Shown in pieces: positions 11,414-20,483 of a stretch of DNA of 26,750 bases. Under the pieces are notes generated by a model. The model searched no databases and had not been told where the DNA came from. It saw nothing but the letters and a program-made list of their open reading frames with translations. A program made the translations under genes and the position numbers. Each line of letters opens with the position of its first letter. Position 1 is the stretch's first letter. The DNA comes from a virus (Duplodnaviria; Heunggongvirae; Uroviricota; Caudoviricetes): the IMG/VR virus record IMGVR_UViG_2529293065_000012. One strand, given 5' to 3'.

Positions 11414-12460
11414 TCAGGATGTGGGCAGGGTGTCTAACAGTGCGTAAGGGTTAAAGCGGATCACCTCTTCGCCAAGCCAGTCATTGATGTGCTTCATGGC
11501 CTCCATGACGGGCATCAGCTCGTTAATTGCGTAAACCCGCGCGGCCTTCTCCACATCACCAAACGCACTTTTTTCACCCGGCATCGCCCCCATCAGTTGC
11601 GGCGGAACGCGGTGCGCAGCCAGCACATCATCACGGGATGCCGCCTTAACATTCATGAACTCATCCTTTGCGGTGATCTGCTGGAACGGCAAAATTTGCA
11701 CCCCCTCTTTGCCCCCGTTGGGCGCATGAATGAGCACGTTTTTAAACGCACCACCACCACGCGCACCCTGTAGCGTTTCTTTCAGGGAGTCCATGCTTTC
11801 GCGGTTTACCTGCGCTGCACCGATGTAGATGATGCACCCGGCGTGGGATCCGTTGTCGTAATACAGTTTTCTGAACATGTCCGCCGAATGAGACAGGCTG
11901 GCCGAGAGTAATGCGCCGAGATATTCCGGCATGCCGTAGATTTCCTGGTTAATGTCCGGATTCATCAGGTGGCACACTTTGCCTGGGCGAAACTGAAACG
12001 CATCCTTGCCATCCTGCACATACCACCATGATTCAAGATCGCTTCCGCGTCGCATGTATTTCGCCAGGGCGTGCCGTAATTTAAGCGGTTCGCCGAGCAT
12101 ATTGCTTCGAAGCTCAAGGAATGCGTTACCGAACACAAACCAGTCCAGCGCCAGCGCCGAGAAATCCTGCCGGGAAAGCAGCGGGTGCGGGATGTAGCAA
12201 CCGAGCAATACATTGCGCTTAAAGTAAAGCGCAGACTGATGCCAGGACGTTTGCCGGGCGGCTCTTGCCAGACCGTACCAGTCCACCGGGGTTTCATACC
12301 ACCGCCCGTTATCAGCACAGTACATATTGTCCAGCAGGTCATGCCCGGTCAGGCGATAAGGACCATCAAATGTGAATGCACTGAGCGATGATTCTTTCCT
12401 GAGCGCATCAGCGAGATCAATGCGTGAACTCATGCGCACTTTTTTATTTTTTCTGCTCAT
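11414..12460 (-). CDS. Q: Portal protein (P2 gpQ family, 348 aa)
   Basis: NGRWYE, FVFGNAFLE, NPDINQEIYGMPEYLGAL, FKNVLIHAP, HRVPPQLMG and GWLGEEVIRF parallel P2 Q. The start overlaps the P stop (ATGA). Confidence 0.92.
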   Translation of the reverse strand: MSRKNKKVRMSSRIDLADALRKESSLSAFTFDGPYRLTGHDLLDNMYCADNGRWYETPVDWYGLARAARQTSWHQSALYFKRNVLLGCYIPHPLLSRQDFSALALDWFVFGNAFLELRSNMLGEPLKLRHALAKYMRRGSDLESWWYVQDGKDAFQFRPGKVCHLMNPDINQEIYGMPEYLGALLSASLSHSADMFRKLYYDNGSHAGCIIYIGAAQVNRESMDSLKETLQGARGGGAFKNVLIHAPNGGKEGVQILPFQQITAKDEFMNVKAASRDDVLAAHRVPPQLMGAMPGEKSAFGDVEKAARVYAINELMPVMEAMKHINDWLGEEVIRFNPYALLDTLPTS

Positions 12461-14211
12461 CAGAACTCCATAACCGTGAAACGCTCGTTTTCTCCTTCGC
12501 CGCCAATTGGTTCGTTAATGACAGCAAGCATGGTTGCCCACGCAAGGTCGCCGTGGCTGATCCCCCTCGCGCGGTCCGTTTCGTAAGTGATAAAGCCGCC
12601 CGGTGTTTTCACCTTACGCACGGCGTTAAAGGCCGCGACCAGCTCGCGTTCGGCGCGATCGTATTCCCACCGCCCGGCACGCATTATTTGCAGCATTTTC
12701 AGTACCAGCGACCGTTTTGATGACAGCGTGAAGGTGTACGGAATAGCGGCAGGGAAAAACCGTTTCACTATCTGATAAACAGCCTCCCCGTTCCCGCCCG
12801 TCACATCAATGCCGATGTGTTCCACGTTGTAGCGACACGTGAACTCTTCAATGACTCTGGCCTGTTCTTCAAACTCCAGCCCCTGAACGCGTCGCGTCTC
12901 CACCGTTCGAAAACGGCCACCAGGAACAGACGGAGGAACCACCACGGACACAGCGCCGCTGTCGCCGTTGCCACTGCTGCCGTTTGCGTCATACCCAATC
13001 CATACCGGACGATTCCCCATCGGGCGGGGAGCAAAAGGTTTCCAGTCTTTCCAGTCGTCGTATCCGTCAACGCCACAGCCAATCAGGATATTCAGGTTAA
13101 ATGCCGATTCCCCTTCGCGGACAAACTCACACATATAGAGATTGAGGAACTCGTCTTCGGTGTTTTCATCACGAATTTCATCAATATCGGTGTGTTTCCA
13201 GCCGTGATTAACCACATCTTCCAGCGTGACAATTTGCCGCCACGTCCGGTCAGGGCAGATAAGCCCGTTATGCAGCGTTTTCCAGTCCACAGAAAAACGC
13301 TGGCGTTTATGCGAGGCCTTTTTCTCGTTCCAGCGGTCGCCGTTCCAGTAGGCGTATGCCTCGTGCGTTTCGGTGGATGGCGTGGAGAAGTAGGTGCGCC
13401 GCAGTCCGCTGAGGGTTGCCATAGCGCCAGCCACCTTGCGCAGTTCAGCAAAGCGACTGACCCAGAAAAATTCATCAAAATAAAAATTGCCCGTATAGGA
13501 CTGTGCCGACGCAGCAGAAGTGCCGAGAAAATGCAGCTCTGCGCCGTTGGAGAGGATGATTTTATCGCCCCCTTTCAGCTCCACATCAACTTCAGCCGCG
13601 GCCTTCTGAATAATGCTTTTAAACTGGAACGCCTGACGACGCGACGCAGACAAAAAAATCTGGTTACGCTGGTAAGGTTGCGCCACATCGTCACGCAGCG
13701 CCATCAGCAGTGCTTCCTGTGCAAAATACCAGGTCGCCCCAATCTGTCGGGATTTCAGGATCATCCTGTTACGTATCCCGGCTTCCCTGCAAAGGGTCAG
13801 GGAGTCAAACCAGCCCCGCTGATGCCACTCCAGCCTGCTGATGATTTTTTCCCGCAGTGCGGCAATCTGTTCCGGCGTGAAATGATTTTTGAGTTTTTTC
13901 GCCCGGCCTTTCTTTCCTGTGGCCGTCGCATCCGGCTGGCCATCATGCAGTTTTTTAAGCTGCCGGGTCAGCAGGTCTATTTCCTTGAAGTCACCACCTG
14001 TTTTATTCTGTTTTTCAGTGAGCTGGATGAGGCGCGCATCGATGGACTGCGTGACACGCTGCACGGGTGGCGTTTCATCCCACTGGTCGCGTTTTTTCCA
14101 CGCATAAATCGTGTTCGGGTTTATTCCCATCAGACGTGATATTTCTGCGGGCGGATAACCCTGCCAGTAAAGTTGCCGCGCACGCTGGCGCACAAAAGCG
14201 TCCTGAATCAT
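12460..14211 (-). CDS. P: Terminase large (ATPase) subunit (P2 gpP family, 583 aa)
   Basis: It has an N-terminal HTH-like segment (YPPAEISRLMGINPNTIYAWKKRDQWD) and a Walker-A-like ILKSRQIGATWYFAQEA. Its position and orientation next to Q are as in P2. Confidence 0.9.
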   Translation of the reverse strand: MIQDAFVRQRARQLYWQGYPPAEISRLMGINPNTIYAWKKRDQWDETPPVQRVTQSIDARLIQLTEKQNKTGGDFKEIDLLTRQLKKLHDGQPDATATGKKGRAKKLKNHFTPEQIAALREKIISRLEWHQRGWFDSLTLCREAGIRNRMILKSRQIGATWYFAQEALLMALRDDVAQPYQRNQIFLSASRRQAFQFKSIIQKAAAEVDVELKGGDKIILSNGAELHFLGTSAASAQSYTGNFYFDEFFWVSRFAELRKVAGAMATLSGLRRTYFSTPSTETHEAYAYWNGDRWNEKKASHKRQRFSVDWKTLHNGLICPDRTWRQIVTLEDVVNHGWKHTDIDEIRDENTEDEFLNLYMCEFVREGESAFNLNILIGCGVDGYDDWKDWKPFAPRPMGNRPVWIGYDANGSSGNGDSGAVSVVVPPSVPGGRFRTVETRRVQGLEFEEQARVIEEFTCRYNVEHIGIDVTGGNGEAVYQIVKRFFPAAIPYTFTLSSKRSLVLKMLQIMRAGRWEYDRAERELVAAFNAVRKVKTPGGFITYETDRARGISHGDLAWATMLAVINEPIGGEGENERFTVMEF

Positions 14212-14365
14212 TGCTCCCCCTGAGTAATTACAGGAAGATTACCCGCGCGCGAAACCGTTCTCCTTAACCCCCTGTTCTGGCCGTTTTCTTACAACAAAAG
14301 CCCTTTGTATCAGCCTGTTACGCTTTGCCATCATGACTGAAGAACCAGTCAGAGGGGCAAAAACT

Positions 14366-15202
14366 ATGGCTAATGAAAAAAAGACATCCCGCAAAAAGTT
14401 TCGCGTGGCTGTCTCCGGATCAACTGTTGATGGCCGCGAAATCAGCCCGGTACATCTGCGTGAAGCCGCCGAGAACTTCAACCCGGATGTTTACGCTGCC
14501 CGCGTGAACGTTGAGCACTATCTCTCGCCATGCCCGTCAAGCGAATTTTCCGCAATGGGCGATGTCACCGCGCTGAGTACGGAAGATATTACGGAAGGCC
14601 CGCTGGCCGGACGTACTGCGCTGTATGCAGAAATCGAACCGACCGAGCGCATGAAGCAGCTTGTCGCTGACGGCAAGAAAATCTATTCCAGTATCGAACT
14701 GCACCCGCAGTTCTCCGTTAACGGGCGTGCCTATCTGGTCGGACTGGCGATGACCGACACCCCGGCAAGCCTGGGCACTGAGCGCCTGAAATTCACGGCA
14801 CAGCAGCGTCAGGCGGTGATGACGTTCAACAGTATCCAGGGTGAAGCACCGCTTATCTCCGAAGCCATCGAGTCTGAAATCATCGAAATGGCAGAACAAC
14901 GCCAGGAAGAAGGCACCCAGTGGTTTAACCGCGTAATGGGGATTATTGGTCGTGGCCGCAAAGCGGATGACGCCAGTTTCTCCCGTATTCAGGAAGCGGT
15001 GGAAGGCGTTGCAACGTCACAGGCCGACATTATCGACCGTTTTAATGTGCTGGAAACCCGCCATCAGCAGGACCGCCAGAAAATCACGTCACTGACCACA
15101 GAGCTGACAGCACTGAAGGAAAAACTGCGCACGCAGGACGGCGATCCGCAGAACCGCTTCACCGCAACGGGCGCAGCCTCCGACCAGCTGGCTGACTTCT
15201 GA
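14366..15202 (+). CDS. O: Capsid scaffold protein (P2 gpO family, 278 aa)
   Basis: KKFRVAVSGSTVDGREIS...NVEH...YSSIELHPQF...YLVGLAMTDTPASLGTE parallels P2 O. The start was chosen at the ATG at 14366, with an AGAGGGG SD 8 nt upstream. Confidence 0.88.
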   Translation: MANEKKTSRKKFRVAVSGSTVDGREISPVHLREAAENFNPDVYAARVNVEHYLSPCPSSEFSAMGDVTALSTEDITEGPLAGRTALYAEIEPTERMKQLVADGKKIYSSIELHPQFSVNGRAYLVGLAMTDTPASLGTERLKFTAQQRQAVMTFNSIQGEAPLISEAIESEIIEMAEQRQEEGTQWFNRVMGIIGRGRKADDASFSRIQEAVEGVATSQADIIDRFNVLETRHQQDRQKITSLTTELTALKEKLRTQDGDPQNRFTATGAASDQLADF

Positions 15203-15225
15203 TAAGACAAAGGAGCAAATTTTTT

Positions 15226-16278
15226 ATGAATCTGGTGATGTCAGATATTACCCGCAACAAGCTGGGTTGCTATATGGCGCAGCAGGCGTCGCTTAATAAT
15301 ATCCCGGTTTCCGCACTGGTATCGCGATTTACCGTAGAACCCTCGGTGCAGCAGCGTTTTGAAAACGCCTCAAAGGAAAGTACCGAATTTACGAAAAGAA
15401 TTAACGTGATCGGCGTGACCGACCAGAAAGGCGAAAAAATCCTCCTGGATACCACAGGACCGATTGCGCGCACGAATACCAGTTATGACGGCACAAAACG
15501 CCGTAACCCGAATAACGTGGTTGATCTGAAAAACCGCAAATACCAGTGCGAACAGGTGAACTACGACACGTTTATTTCGTATCCGCAGCTTGATGCCTGG
15601 TCGGCACACCCTGATTTTCAGTCCCGCATCAGCGCACAGATTGCCCGACAGGTGGCACTTGACCGCATCATGATCGGTTTCAACGGCACGTCTCACGAGG
15701 ATGAGTCCAACTTCAGCACCAACAAGCTGCTTCAGGACGTTAACGTGGGGTGGCTGGAGCACATCAGAACCGACGCCAGCGAACGCGTTATGAATGACGT
15801 GACGCTGACCTCCCGTAACATGGACAACACCGTGGCGCACGCGGGTAAGTATGCGAACGCTGATGCACTGGTACAGGACGCGCGCTCATCCCTGCTGGAT
15901 GAATGGCACAAGGAAGCTGACGACCTCGTGGTGATTATGGGGCGCAACCTGTTTAACTCGCTGCGTCTGCCCGTGCTGAACAGCATCAGCGGCCAGAATC
16001 CCAATGCGGAATTACTTGCCGGGCAGCTCATCCTGTCATCGCGCACCATTGGCGGGCTGGGCGTGTTCCTTGCGCCGTTCTTCCCGGATGCGACGATGCT
16101 GATCACCTCGTTCAACAACCTGTCGATTTACTGGCAGAAAGGTTCAATGCGTCGTCTGATGAAAGACGAACCGGAATACAACCGCATCGCCACCTACCAG
16201 TCCATCAATGACGCTTATGTCGTTGAAGACTATGGCAAGTGCGCGATGGTCACAGGCCTGAAGTTCGCCGACAGCTAA
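15226..16278 (+). CDS. N: Major capsid protein (P2 gpN family, 350 aa)
   Basis: FTVEPSVQQ, TEFTKRINV, GEKI, NKYQCEQVNYD, DRIMIGFNG, LQDVNVGWL, DDLVVIMGR and NLSIYWQ parallel P2 N. Confidence 0.92.
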   Translation: MNLVMSDITRNKLGCYMAQQASLNNIPVSALVSRFTVEPSVQQRFENASKESTEFTKRINVIGVTDQKGEKILLDTTGPIARTNTSYDGTKRRNPNNVVDLKNRKYQCEQVNYDTFISYPQLDAWSAHPDFQSRISAQIARQVALDRIMIGFNGTSHEDESNFSTNKLLQDVNVGWLEHIRTDASERVMNDVTLTSRNMDNTVAHAGKYANADALVQDARSSLLDEWHKEADDLVVIMGRNLFNSLRLPVLNSISGQNPNAELLAGQLILSSRTIGGLGVFLAPFFPDATMLITSFNNLSIYWQKGSMRRLMKDEPEYNRIATYQSINDAYVVEDYGKCAMVTGLKFADS

Positions 16279-16287
16279 TCAACTCAC

Positions 16288-16306
16288 GGCGGGCATCATG
16301 CCCGCC
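16288..16306. other. Perfect 9-bp-arm palindrome right after N
   Basis: The sequence is GGCGGGCAT-C-ATGCCCGCC with no adjacent U-tract. It may act as an RNA stability or processing hairpin. Confidence 0.4.
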
Positions 16307-16323
16307 TGTAACGGAGAGAAAAA

Positions 16324-17124
16324 ATGATTACTCCTGCACAGCAACACTGGCAGAACGTGATGGCACAGCGCGCAGGCCGGGCGAATGAAGGCGTGGACCA
16401 CGCCGCGCGTACCGCGCATGAAGAGGTGCTGTATCGTCTGCGTCTGGCACAGGCCCGGCTTAAGGGCGTACAGGCCAGAAGCGCGAAAGCCGCCATCAAA
16501 AAAGAGTTGTTGCCGGACTTTTCCGGCTGGATTGAGGGAACGCTGGAGGCTGACGGTGGGCAGCAGGATGAAGTGATTGCCACGCTGATGGTGTGGGCGA
16601 TTGACTGCGGCGATCTTCCGCTGGCGCTGCGTATTGGTGCATATGTGGTCCGTCACAACCTCATCATGCCGGATAACTTTGGCCGTACTGCTGCCACAGT
16701 GCTGACCGAAGAAATCTGCAATCCGGTACTGACGCAGGCCGGGACGGATGCCGACGCGGATTTGTCCGCCTTTATCGAACCACTGGACCCCCTCCGGGAG
16801 ATTGTCACCGACCAGGACATGCCGGACGAAGTGCGCGCCAAATTATGCAAGGCGTGTGCCTTTGCCCGTCGTGGCCTGACCGATGCAGACAGCATGGCCC
16901 TGTCACTGAAGCTGCTGCGCGAAGCGATGCACCTGAACCCGAACGCAGGTGTGAAACGCGAGATTGCAACCCTTTCCCGCGCCCTGAAGAAAGCCGATTC
17001 CGCAGCCGCACCAGAAGACGCCAGCGCACAGCAGGCGCAGGACGAAAGCAGCAAAAGTAAAAAGACAACGCGGAAGCCTGCAACACGAAAAACCACCGCG
17101 ACGCAGAAGGCGAAGCGCGGTTAA
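16324..17124 (+). CDS. M: Terminase small/endonuclease subunit (P2 gpM family, 266 aa)
   Basis: It sits between N and L as in P2. The size is similar to P2 M, with a lysine-rich C-terminal tail. Confidence 0.8.
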   Translation: MITPAQQHWQNVMAQRAGRANEGVDHAARTAHEEVLYRLRLAQARLKGVQARSAKAAIKKELLPDFSGWIEGTLEADGGQQDEVIATLMVWAIDCGDLPLALRIGAYVVRHNLIMPDNFGRTAATVLTEEICNPVLTQAGTDADADLSAFIEPLDPLREIVTDQDMPDEVRAKLCKACAFARRGLTDADSMALSLKLLREAMHLNPNAGVKREIATLSRALKKADSAAAPEDASAQQAQDESSKSKKTTRKPATRKTTATQKAKRG

Positions 17125-17140
17125 CGACTGACCCCGTCAG

Positions 17141-17211
17141 CGGGCGGCGTGCGCGGTGTTCCGGTTTGACTCCGTGACCGTTTACACCGCGCACCCACCG
17201 CCCGATTTTTT
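17141..17211 (+). terminator. Long interrupted stem (7 + 11 bp) followed by a T6 run, abutting the L ribosome-binding site
   Basis: 17141-17147 pairs with 17198-17204, and 17149-17159 pairs with 17184-17194. TTTTTT lies at 17206-17211. The SD CAGGAG at 17212-17217 follows directly. Confidence 0.55.
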
Positions 17212-17225
17212 CAGGAGTGAACCCC

Positions 17226-17720
17226 ATGAGTATGGTTGCCAGAACCAACCCCGGACCCGCAGAGGACGACATCACCGATACCGATGATGGTGATACCCGT
17301 ATTTCAGCGGGCGCATTCTGGCCGGATATTGTGCTGCGTGAGCTGCGTCTGGCGGTACGACTGCCGGGCCGTGTGACCACCTCCCGCCTGCTGCATACCG
17401 CCACCGGGGCCGTGGCACACGTTACCCGCGAGCTGGAAGCGTGGCAGCAGGAACAGCAGGCGGCTGGCCATCAGACGCTGGCCGATGTTCCGGCACCCGT
17501 AATTAACGGAGAAAGCGTCAATCTCTGGCACTGGCGCAATGCTGTTTATACCGCCACACGCGCCCTGATTCTGGAGCGTTACCGCGATGCGGACACAACG
17601 GACAAGGGCGACCGCCGGGCGGACGCACTGGATATACAGACATCGGATTTGTGGCGCGATGTGAGCTGGGCCATCTCTGACATTCTGTGCCGCCCGCGAA
17701 TCTTTGCGGAGTTGTGCTGA
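17226..17720 (+). CDS. L: Head completion/stabilisation protein (P2 gpL family, 164 aa)
   Basis: Position and size match P2 L. The ATG at 17226 has CAGGAG 8 nt upstream; the track start at 17217 is a GTG inside the SD. Confidence 0.82.
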   Translation: MSMVARTNPGPAEDDITDTDDGDTRISAGAFWPDIVLRELRLAVRLPGRVTTSRLLHTATGAVAHVTRELEAWQQEQQAAGHQTLADVPAPVINGESVNLWHWRNAVYTATRALILERYRDADTTDKGDRRADALDIQTSDLWRDVSWAISDILCRPRIFAELC

Positions 17721-17920
17721 TGAAAGTGAAGGCACTGGAAGGCGACACCGTGGATTCGCTCTGTTTCCGGTACTACGGCACGACGCAGGGCGTCACCGAA
17801 AAGGTGCTGGATGCCAACCCCGGACTCTGTCAGCAGGTAGTTCTGGACGCCGGGCAGGACGTGGAGATGCCGGAGCCGGAGAAGAAGAAACGAGAAATGA
17901 TTCAGTTGTGGGGGGGGTAG
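17720..17920 (+). CDS. X: Tail protein X, LysM-like (66 aa)
   Basis: MKVKALEGDTVDSLCFRYYGTTQGVTEKVLDANPGL parallels P2 X MKTFALQGDTLDAICVRYYGRTEGVVETVLAANPGL. The start overlaps the L stop. Confidence 0.85.
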   Translation: MKVKALEGDTVDSLCFRYYGTTQGVTEKVLDANPGLCQQVVLDAGQDVEMPEPEKKKREMIQLWGG

Positions 17921-17922
17921 TA

Positions 17923-18246
17923 GTGAGCACCATTCAAACAGGGATCACAGAGCAGGTTATTGTGTGGCTCTTTGACCACCTGCCAACGGTGTATGCAGCA
18001 GGCGCGGCGGTCAGCATTTCCGCGCTGATGAGTCTTTATGACGGACGAACGCTGGTTCAGACCGTAACGGGATCGCTGGCGTGCGGCGTTCTTGCCATGG
18101 CCGTGGCCGGGTCGTTGCGCTTCTTCGGAGTTCCTGAAGATGCCGTGACGTTTTTCGGCGCATCTATCGGTTTTATGGGCGCAGAAAAAGCACGCGACAA
18201 GATCATTGCCGCCTTTAACCGCATAACCCAAAAGGGAGATGAATAA
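17923..18246 (+). CDS. Holin, lambda S-like family (107 aa, GTG start)
   Basis: It has three hydrophobic segments and a charged C-terminus. SLYDGRTLVQTVTGSLACGVLA...GASIGFMGAEKARDKIIAAF resembles lambda S [24 protein letters not shown]...IGYIGTDSIGSLIKRFAAK. A GGGGGGG SD lies 5 nt before the GTG. Confidence 0.7.
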   Translation: MSTIQTGITEQVIVWLFDHLPTVYAAGAAVSISALMSLYDGRTLVQTVTGSLACGVLAMAVAGSLRFFGVPEDAVTFFGASIGFMGAEKARDKIIAAFNRITQKGDE

Positions 18247-18300
18247 ATCGCAGGCTTAAAGCCGGTAATCACCATAAAAATCATTCACAGAGATGACGAA

Positions 18301-18846
18301 ATGAAATCGAAAGACGAAATTTTTGATGCCGTTCTTGGCAAAGAAGGCGGCTACGTCAATCACCCGGATGACAGAGGCGGTCCGACAAAATGGGGCATCA
18401 CTGAAAAGGTGGCACGGGCGCACGGATACCGTGGCGATATGCGTGATTTAACGCGCGGACAGGCACTGGAAATCCTTGAAGCTGATTACTGGTACGGACC
18501 GCGTTTTGATCAGATAGCGAAGCTGTCCCCGGATATTGCCGCAGAACTGTGTGACACCGGAGTAAATATGGGACCGTCTGTGGCAACCAGAATGCTTCAG
18601 CGCTGGCTGAACGCATTCAATCAGGGCGGGAAACTGTATCCCGATATGGACACAGACGGACGCACTGGCCCACGCACGATTAACGCATTACGTGCATATC
18701 TGGAAAAACGCGGTCGGGGCGGCGAGATGGTGATGTTAACAGCACTGAACTGTACACAGGGTGAACGCTATCTGGAGCTGGCGGAAAAACGCGAAGCCAA
18801 CGAGTCGTTTGTCTACGGCTGGATAAAGGAACGCGTGGCAGCATGA
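18301..18846 (+). CDS. Endolysin, GH108 N-terminal domain plus PG_binding_3-type C-terminal domain (181 aa)
   Basis: VLGKEGGYVNHPDDRGGPTKWGIT is the characteristic GH108 motif. The gene lies between the holin and the spanins. Confidence 0.85.
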   Translation: MKSKDEIFDAVLGKEGGYVNHPDDRGGPTKWGITEKVARAHGYRGDMRDLTRGQALEILEADYWYGPRFDQIAKLSPDIAAELCDTGVNMGPSVATRMLQRWLNAFNQGGKLYPDMDTDGRTGPRTINALRAYLEKRGRGGEMVMLTALNCTQGERYLELAEKREANESFVYGWIKERVAA

Positions 18847-19250
18847 GGTTATGGACTTCTCTGGGCGTCGCTTTTCTTCTGATTGCCGCATGGGGAACAT
18901 CCATGCGTCTGTCGTGGTCGCTGGGCCGGGAGAACGCCAGAAACGAAGCGCAGGCCAGCACCCTGAAAAGTACCGTCGACACCCTGAATATCATCAGCGC
19001 CGGGGTACAGGATATGCAGCAGGTGCTGGCACAACTCCGCACGGAAAATCAGCAACGCAATCAGGACGGAGAGGCCAGACGTGAACAGCTACGCAACGAT
19101 ATTGCAAAAGATGAATGCGCCCACGCTTTGCCTGACGCTCGTTTTACTGACAGGTTGCGCAGGCACGCAGAACGCGCCACGGCCAGCGCCGTCAGTCCGG
19201 CTTATACCGCAGACGCTGACCATACCGGTAACGCCTCCCCCCTTCCCTGA
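18843..19250 (+). CDS. i-spanin (Rz/LysB-like, 135 aa)
   Basis: It has an N-terminal TM (LWTSLGVAFLLIAAWG) followed by a Q/R/E-rich coiled-coil-like region. The start overlaps the endolysin stop (ATGA). Confidence 0.7.
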   Translation: MRLWTSLGVAFLLIAAWGTSMRLSWSLGRENARNEAQASTLKSTVDTLNIISAGVQDMQQVLAQLRTENQQRNQDGEARREQLRNDIAKDECAHALPDARFTDRLRRHAERATASAVSPAYTADADHTGNASPLP

Positions 19251-19401
19251 CACTCCCACATGGGGAAATCTCGGTATATGGGGCGACCGCCTTCTGGATG
19301 CACTGGAAACCTGTAACGCGGATAAACGGGCCATTGAATTACTGGAACAGCGCAGGCTGCAACGACTGAACAACGAGGACAACAACCATGCTGAAAACTG
19401 A
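19111..19401 (+). CDS. o-spanin lipoprotein (Rz1/LysC-like, 96 aa), overlapping the 3' part of the i-spanin gene in another frame
   Basis: MNAPTLCLTLVLLTGCAGT carries a lipobox (LLTGC), and the mature region is proline-rich. The overlapped architecture matches P2 lysB/lysC. Confidence 0.65.
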   Translation: MNAPTLCLTLVLLTGCAGTQNAPRPAPSVRLIPQTLTIPVTPPPFPDTPTWGNLGIWGDRLLDALETCNADKRAIELLEQRRLQRLNNEDNNHAEN

Positions 19402-19855
19402 TTCCCTGCGTGAAGCCATGACCCGTTCATGCCGATGGTGTCAGGCCAACCCGGAAAAATTCACCATTTTCGTGGAGAGCGGCAACATTGAAACGACCGG
19501 AGAAACCCCATCGTTTGTTTACCGCTATCAGATGGTGATGTTTGTTATGGATTACGCCGGGGAGCTGGACGACCTCACGCTGCCGCTGCTGGCGTGGTTA
19601 TCCGAAAATCAGCCACAGTTGTTGCTCAACCCTGAGCGTAATCAGGACATCAAATTCTCCGCCGTTATCAATGACGATGACAGCGCCGATCTCCTGTTTA
19701 CGCTCCCCCTGCGGGAACGCGTTCGCATCACGCGCAGCAGTCAGGACACACCGCAGGCAGAACACCTGCCGGAGCCAAAACCCCGCCTGCCATCTTCCGA
19801 AGGCGACTGGTCGCATGTATTCCAGGATGTGACGTGGGGTGAAAGCGATGGATAA
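19388..19855 (+). CDS. R: Tail completion protein (P2 gpR family, 155 aa)
   Basis: MLKTDSLREAMT...NPEKFTIFVESG...LPLLAWLSENQP parallels P2 R MLKPDSLRRALT...NPDMLRIFVDNG...VPVLAWLRENQP. The length is the same. Confidence 0.88.
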   Translation: MLKTDSLREAMTRSCRWCQANPEKFTIFVESGNIETTGETPSFVYRYQMVMFVMDYAGELDDLTLPLLAWLSENQPQLLLNPERNQDIKFSAVINDDDSADLLFTLPLRERVRITRSSQDTPQAEHLPEPKPRLPSSEGDWSHVFQDVTWGESDG

Positions 19856-20483
19856 GGCATTCACCCGCGTGGATGAAACCTTTGAGGCCATCCGCGACAG
19901 CCTGAATCAGCAGGCCATCAATAACATCGCCAGAAAGCTGGCACAGGATTTACGCCGCGCCCAGCAGGCGCGTATCCGGTCACAGAAAGCGCCGGACGGG
20001 ACCGCGTGGACACCACGCAGACGCCGCGTAACCCGGATACAGGAGCGCATTCGCTTTATCTGGAATAACGAAGCACGCACGCTGAAAAACTGGCATCACG
20101 ACACGGGGAAATACGGGCAAACCATTACCGGGTGGGATGAGGATAAAAACAATATCCGCACGTTTTACCGGGATGACATCGACCGTTTTCTGGAAATACG
20201 CACCCGGCGCATCAACCAGGACAGCACAAAGCGCGTCCCCATGTTCGTAAAACTGCGCACCGCCCGCTACCTGAAAGCCCGTGCAGATGCTTCCGGTGTG
20301 ACGGTGGGTTACAGCGGCGTGGCCGCACGTATTGCACGCGTTCATCAGTTCGGTGAGCGCGATCAAGTTGCGCCGGGCATTTTCACCGATTACCCGGTAC
20401 GTGAGCTGCTGGGTATCAGCCAGGCAGATGAGCGCCTGATTTATAACACGGTGCTGGGCCGGATTGCGGAGGCTGTACGGTGA
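19848..20483 (+). CDS. S: Tail completion / virion morphogenesis protein (P2 gpS family, 211 aa)
   Basis: Its position between R and V matches P2. The ATG at 19848 overlaps the R stop. It is longer than P2 S. Confidence 0.75.
   Translation: MDKAFTRVDETFEAIRDSLNQQAINNIARKLAQDLRRAQQARIRSQKAPDGTAWTPRRRRVTRIQERIRFIWNNEARTLKNWHHDTGKYGQTITGWDEDKNNIRTFYRDDIDRFLEIRTRRINQDSTKRVPMFVKLRTARYLKARADASGVTVGYSGVAARIARVHQFGERDQVAPGIFTDYPVRELLGISQADERLIYNTVLGRIAEAVR

Noticed and set aside
12817-14139. 440-aa plus-strand ORF
   Set aside because: It lies entirely antisense to the terminase large subunit gene (P), which has clear homology. This is a shadow ORF.
14273-14293. Ogr/Delta-type late promoter dyad in the P/O divergent region
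   Set aside because: The P2 late-promoter consensus I recall is TGT-N12-ACA. The only dyad I found here is TGT-N15-ACA (or N18), so I cannot call it. Divergent late promoters must still lie somewhere in 14212-14365.
16805-17404. 199-aa minus-strand ORF, plus other antisense ORFs across M/L
   Set aside because: It is antisense to M and L and crosses the M-L terminator structure. This is a shadow ORF.
17704-17922. 5' extension of the holin ORF (180-aa track ORF)
   Set aside because: The extension overlaps gene X in another frame and is Arg/Gly-rich. An internal GTG at 17923 has a strong G-rich SD and yields a holin-sized protein.
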